Assembly: GCA_964354495.1 (NCBI GenBank)
Contig: CAYHAA010000012.1
Location: 1 to 32,000, forward strand
DNA: 32,000 bases
Direction: 5' to 3'
From: an uncultured archaeon
Lineage (GTDB): Archaea > Asgardarchaeota > Thorarchaeia > Thorarchaeales > Thorarchaeaceae
The notes under the pieces are model-generated. The model worked only from the letters and a program-made list of their open reading frames with translations, did not search any database and had not been told where the DNA came from. The position numbers and the translations under genes are program-made. Of the stretch, positions 27,828 through 32,000 are shown one piece after another; the first letter of the stretch is position 1, and every line of letters begins with the position of its first letter.

Positions 27828-28181
27828 CTACTTCGGCTTCTCCTTCCTCTCTGATGGTTTTGCCTCGAACTCTGGGATTACAGCTCCGTCTTCAAGTGCT
27901 CCCGCTTTGTATGCTTTCTTTGCCTCTTCGCGGTTGGCAAGAAAAATCGCCATATCCGGGCAAATTCGCTCACAGAACTCGCAGTTCACACATGCATCAA
28001 TATCGCACGCAGTGACCGGATGATACCCCTTTCGATTATAGATGTCTGTAAAACATAGGACTTTCTTGGGGCAGAACTCTATACAGAGTCCACACTCTTT
28101 GCATTGCTCTTGAAGAATGACCAGTACCCTCTCTCTCGTCCTTCGGGGTTTTGGTGCAACTGGTGTTGGGACCGAAGACAT
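27828..28181 (-). CDS. korD: 2-oxoacid:ferredoxin oxidoreductase delta subunit (2x[4Fe-4S] ferredoxin)
   Basis: CKECGLCIEFCP and CVNCEFCERICPD. Its stop abuts the alpha ATG; AGGAG SD upstream. Confidence 0.9.
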   Translation of the reverse strand: MSSVPTPVAPKPRRTRERVLVILQEQCKECGLCIEFCPKKVLCFTDIYNRKGYHPVTACDIDACVNCEFCERICPDMAIFLANREEAKKAYKAGALEDGAVIPEFEAKPSERKEKPK

Positions 28182-28385
28182 CTATGCTTTCTCCTGTTGG
28201 TTAAGCAAGACTCATTCTACCATAGAGCTCGCTAGTTGGACATCGATGGAGTGCTATGTTTGATTCATGAAAAATGAATATCCCTTTTTAGCCTTGCCTT
28301 GAGGTCTCTGTAGTCAATGGCAGATTAGCAGGCTTTAAGAGTCATTTTCCGTCACAACTCCATCAAATTATAGGAGTCGCGGGTC

Positions 28386-28853
28386 TTGACCAAACTGGAG
28401 CCTACTGATGAAGAATTGGCTGAGTTAATCAAAGGCAAGACCCTGTCAGTCTACTGGTATATGCTTCGGCATCCAGAGCCATTGACTGCGAGAGAAATTC
28501 AGCGTGGGGCTGATCTCTCCAGCCCATCGCTGTCCATGCACCATCTAGAGCGGCTGCGTCAGTACGGCCTTGTTGAGAAAGATGTTCATGGACAGTACAG
28601 CGTAACACGAGATGTACGAATAGGCATATTGAATCAATTCATGGGAAAGGGTAGGCTCTTAGTACCAAGATACCTGTTCTACGCAACCCTGTACTCGTCG
28701 CTTACAGCAGCTTTTGCTTCTCTGTTGATTTGGTATGCTGACTGGTACTCTGCCACTCTGATTTGTCTCCTAGTATCAGTATGTGTGGTGCTGTGGTATG
28801 AAGCCCTAAAGGTATGGAGAGAACAACCGTTTTCAGAAGGTGATGGAGATTGA
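28386..28853 (+). CDS. Winged-HTH regulator with two C-terminal TM helices
   Basis: LTAREIQRGADLSSPSLSMHHLERLRQYGLVEK, followed by two hydrophobic segments. AGGAG SD before the TTG; 4-bp overlap with the next gene. Confidence 0.75.
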   Translation: MTKLEPTDEELAELIKGKTLSVYWYMLRHPEPLTAREIQRGADLSSPSLSMHHLERLRQYGLVEKDVHGQYSVTRDVRIGILNQFMGKGRLLVPRYLFYATLYSSLTAAFASLLIWYADWYSATLICLLVSVCVVLWYEALKVWREQPFSEGDGD

Positions 28854-29776
28854 AACAGCAGGTTCAAAGTAGCAGCAGTCCGCATGGTTTCCGTCTATGC
28901 TTTGTGATTGCCTCGATTCTCTTGATGCTATCCTCAATACTGGTATCTAGCCCAAGTACCGGGAATTCGTTGATGACTCCAACTGATCTCCGACAAAATA
29001 CGCTCTCTGCTGATCCACCTCGACTGAATCTTACATACCATACTCTTGCTGATCCGACCGAGATACCAGTTCTGTCTGACTCAATCATTGCTGGTGACCA
29101 TGTGATTCTCCGGTCTGTATGGGGCGGGTCTGTTGTGAACAAATCACGTCTTGAAGTAGTTGCTTTAGCGATTCCAGCAACTATTGCAATTGAGCAGAAT
29201 ACGCCTGTACTCGTGATAGACACCAGGAGTCTGGGCAACAACGCGTCATGTTTCATTAATTCCACTGCATGGCTGACAAATGGGACAGTGCTATCCATAG
29301 TCTATCAAAACGTGTATATCGGCAACTATTTTGCACCCGACGTCATGGTGCTCTCTCCCAACGGTGGCGAAGAGTGGACTGGTATAAACACAATTAGATG
29401 GCATGCCTATGACATCAACGTCGATGACTCACTTCGCTATGATGTTCGGATTTCATCTGACTCCGGGGTCACGTTTGATACAGTTGCATCGTCAATATCA
29501 GAGAAATGGTATAACTGGAACTGCTCACAGTATGATAGGCTTGATACCTATGTTGTGGAGATTCGTGCCACGGATGGTATTTATTTCTCGTATGACCTAT
29601 CTGACTCCCCGTTCATGGCAGGAGAGGTGCCCACAAATACCACGACAACTATAACGACTACAAGCAATACTACAACGCCGATAGACTATCGCATTGCTAC
29701 TTTCATTGTGGTATTGCTATCTTCAAGCATTGTGATGGCCTTAGTTGTCTACTATGTGGCGAAGAGATGGTTCTGA
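28850..29776 (+). CDS. Exported beta-rich surface (glyco)protein with a Thr-rich linker and C-terminal TM anchor
   Basis: N-terminal hydrophobic signal, SPNGGEEW Ig-like segment, 8 N-x-S/T sequons, TNTTTTITTTSNTTT linker, then a TM helix and KRWF. Confidence 0.7.
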   Translation: MKQQVQSSSSPHGFRLCFVIASILLMLSSILVSSPSTGNSLMTPTDLRQNTLSADPPRLNLTYHTLADPTEIPVLSDSIIAGDHVILRSVWGGSVVNKSRLEVVALAIPATIAIEQNTPVLVIDTRSLGNNASCFINSTAWLTNGTVLSIVYQNVYIGNYFAPDVMVLSPNGGEEWTGINTIRWHAYDINVDDSLRYDVRISSDSGVTFDTVASSISEKWYNWNCSQYDRLDTYVVEIRATDGIYFSYDLSDSPFMAGEVPTNTTTTITTTSNTTTPIDYRIATFIVVLLSSSIVMALVVYYVAKRWF

Positions 29777-30031
29777 AGGTCAAGTGTTTCGAGGCTTGAA
29801 ATCCCTGAGCCTATCAGCTCATGCCTCCGTGATCTTGTCCAGGAAGTCTGGATCAATGGTATCGTTGTCTACGCTCCCGCGAGAGATACTATCTATCATG
29901 AAGCGACCTCACTGCATAGGAGTGTAGTCCTTTGATTCGAGAAACCTAATGAACAAGCCCCAGACAATGTGACCTTTTGGTAATGGATTTAAGGCTGAAA
30001 ATCACCTCCTCCATCCTGTCGGTGCGTTATC

Positions 30032-30577
30032 TTGACCAGTACTGAGGAAAAAGCCACAATCGAAATCGACCTCCCTGATGACTCCTTTGTTCAAATGATT
30101 AAGAGAATCGGTGGTCCTAACATCCAGAACTGCTACCAGTGTGGCACATGTAGCGGAAGCTGTCCTGCCGGGGCACGAACTAACTATCTTGTGAGGGGCA
30201 TTATTCGAAAGGCGCTCCTTGGCCTCAAGGAGCAGTGTATCTCTGCAAAAGAACTCTGGTACTGCACTACTTGCTATACCTGCACTGATCGTTGCCCACA
30301 AGATGTGAAACCCACTGATGTCATCAAAGCAATTCGAAACATTGCTGTTGCCGAGGGCTATATGCTAGTCCCGCATCAGAAGACAGCTCAAAAGGTTCTC
30401 CAAGCTGGTCATGCGGTCCCTCTGGACAGCGAGTCGTGGCAAAACTTACGTGAGAAGGTTGGTCTTGAGCGAGTTCCACCAAATGCCAGCAGATACGCTG
30501 AAGCAATTGATGAGATACGCAAGATTGCTAAGAAGACAGGTTTTGACAAGCTCGTAGCTGAGAAAGAGGAGAAGTAG
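30032..30577 (+). CDS. hdrC: Heterodisulfide reductase subunit C
   Basis: CYQCGTCSGSCP and WYCTTCYTCTDRCP; GHAVP; directly upstream of hdrB. Confidence 0.93.
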   Translation: MTSTEEKATIEIDLPDDSFVQMIKRIGGPNIQNCYQCGTCSGSCPAGARTNYLVRGIIRKALLGLKEQCISAKELWYCTTCYTCTDRCPQDVKPTDVIKAIRNIAVAEGYMLVPHQKTAQKVLQAGHAVPLDSESWQNLREKVGLERVPPNASRYAEAIDEIRKIAKKTGFDKLVAEKEEK

Positions 30578-30579
30578 CT

Positions 30580-31503
30580 ATGGCTAAGAAATCCTTCTAT
30601 CATTTCCTTGGATGCATCATTCCCCATAGATATCCGAGTGTTGAAAAAGCAGCGAAGCTTGTGTTCAAGGATCTTGGTATTGAACTCCTTGACATGGAGG
30701 GTGCCACTTGCTGTCCTGCTCCAGGTGTCTTTGGATCATTCGATCGAGTGACATGGGCAACAATCGCGGCTCGGAACCTTACGATTGCAGAAGCTGGTGG
30801 CCATTCAATCACGACCGGCTGCAATGGTTGCTTTGCTAGTCTATGGGATGCGAACCATGAACTGAAACATGATGCCGAACTCAGGGAAAAGGTCAACGAG
30901 AACCTCGCAGAGGTAAATCGTGAATTCAAGGGAACCATTGAGGTCTGGCACTATGTCGACGCTCTCTACAAGATAGCAGGTCTGGAGAAGATCCGTGAGC
31001 GGGTCACACGGCCGCTAACAGGGGTTCGGATGGCTCTACATCCTGGTTGTCATTGGATGCGACCAAAAAGCATCAAACAGAAAGATGACTCAGAGAGACC
31101 ACACATATTCCGAGAACTCTGTGAGACCTCGGGCGCCAAATATGTTCCTTACAAGGATGAGCTGATATGTTGTGGTGCCGGTGGCGCAGTCAGAACAGCA
31201 GATGTGAAGCTCGCCCTCGAATTCACAAAGCAGAAGTTCGACAGTCTGATTGAAGCTGGGGGCGCTGACATGATCGTAACACCATGTCCATTCTGCGAGC
31301 TGCAACTGGATATGGGCCAGGTGGAGATTCAGAAGTACTTCGAAAAGGAGTACACCTTCGATATTCTCCATGTTGTTGAACTACTTGCCTTGGCATTTGG
31401 CCATGAGCCAGACGAATTCGGCTTGGCCACGCATCTTCAATACATGCAGCGAAAAACCGAACCTGCATGGCAGCGGATTGGCATCAAAGTGGAAGGATCC
31501 TAG
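30580..31503 (+). CDS. hdrB: Heterodisulfide reductase subunit B
   Basis: FLGCIIP, TCCPAPG, TGCNGC, HPGCH, CCGAGG, TPCPFCELQLD: two CCG domains. Confidence 0.95.
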   Translation: MAKKSFYHFLGCIIPHRYPSVEKAAKLVFKDLGIELLDMEGATCCPAPGVFGSFDRVTWATIAARNLTIAEAGGHSITTGCNGCFASLWDANHELKHDAELREKVNENLAEVNREFKGTIEVWHYVDALYKIAGLEKIRERVTRPLTGVRMALHPGCHWMRPKSIKQKDDSERPHIFRELCETSGAKYVPYKDELICCGAGGAVRTADVKLALEFTKQKFDSLIEAGGADMIVTPCPFCELQLDMGQVEIQKYFEKEYTFDILHVVELLALAFGHEPDEFGLATHLQYMQRKTEPAWQRIGIKVEGS

Positions 31504-32000
31504 TCTTCCATAATGTGTACAATATTCTCTCTTCCACTTCGTAGCCTCTTGATGAGACCACGTTCCTCAAGTGATGTAAGCATCATACTAGCCATTGCCT
31601 GAGACATGTCTAAACCTGCATAGATCTCTCTCTGTGAGCACGATCCTCCACGAGAGGAAAGAAAATCAAAAATCTCCTGCTCTTGACTTGATATCCTCCC
31701 ACTGACAACAACCTCTCTTGCCTTCAATCGTTTTATCCAAGTTGGTATGCGCTCAAGAATGAGTACAGCTCCTGCTGCACCTACTGCGGCGAGTATGCCA
31801 ATGACTAACGAATTGTCTGTGATAGTAGTAACTGTGTCAAAGAGGACTGCAGGCATCAGGTACTTGATGACATAAGCAATCTCCTGTCCTGGGAGAAGAA
31901 CACTTGTTTTCCATGCATATACGGTTCTAATGCCATCCGTATGGTTTGATGTTGCGCTGGGAAAGAGCGGTGCTGCGGCCTCTAAGTCAAGCACAGCATG
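31500..32000 (-). CDS. Membrane-anchored C-terminal winged-HTH protein (COG2512-like); N-terminus lies beyond the window
   Basis: The frame stays open to base 32000, so the GTG at 31994 is probably internal. TM helix LVIGILAAVGAAGAVLIL, then EIFDFLSSRGGSCSQREIYAGLDMSQAMASMMLTSLEERGLIKR. Confidence 0.75.
   Translation of the reverse strand, partial: HAVLDLEAAAPLFPSATSNHTDGIRTVYAWKTSVLLPGQEIAYVIKYLMPAVLFDTVTTITDNSLVIGILAAVGAAGAVLILERIPTWIKRLKAREVVVSGRISSQEQEIFDFLSSRGGSCSQREIYAGLDMSQAMASMMLTSLEERGLIKRLRSGRENIVHIMED

Noticed and set aside
29635-29680. AC-rich quasi-repeat (ACx codons)
   Set aside because: Explained by the Thr-rich linker of the surface protein; not a CRISPR array or satellite.
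1-32000. tRNA, rRNA, CRISPR arrays, transposases; remaining short ORFs in the track
   Set aside because: No cloverleaf, rRNA-like tract, spaced direct repeats or transposase motifs were seen by eye. The short ORFs overlap well-supported genes in other frames or on the other strand.

Overview
Archaeal chromosomal window, most likely from an Asgard archaeon (probably Thorarchaeia). This is inferred from a longin-domain protein beside a Rab-like GTPase, hdrCB, archaeal-type 2-oxoacid:ferredoxin oxidoreductase (OFOR) subunits and frequent TTG/GTG starts. Left to right: the 5' part of ahcY (missed by the ORF track) divergent from a tandem-Lrp regulator; an ~8 kb glycosylation locus; a DUF4184-like pseudogene; an acyl-CoA cluster; a four-subunit OFOR whose delta-alpha and beta-gamma halves are split by an SDR, a Rab-like GTPase and a longin/NPRL2-like protein; membrane-anchored HTH regulators, a surface glycoprotein and hdrCB. 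The glycosylation locus holds a GT-C-like membrane protein, a ColD-type His-for-Lys dehydratase, Fcl/ColC, Gmd, two ArnE/F-like 4-TM proteins and two paralogous GT2s. The acyl-CoA cluster holds an acyl-CoA dehydrogenase, tandem FadD paralogs and a 2-hydroxyacyl-CoA dehydratase/class I BCR-type enzyme with its activator. The best candidates for an undescribed system are (i) a GDP-colitose-type pathway coupled to an Arn/Gtr-like lipid-carrier, flippase and GT-C route, and (ii) an NPRL2(GATOR1)-like longin protein paired with a Rab-like GTPase inside a ferredoxin-oxidoreductase operon. No rRNA, tRNA, CRISPR array or transposase was recognised. All family calls come from motif recognition and recalled sequences, not database searches.
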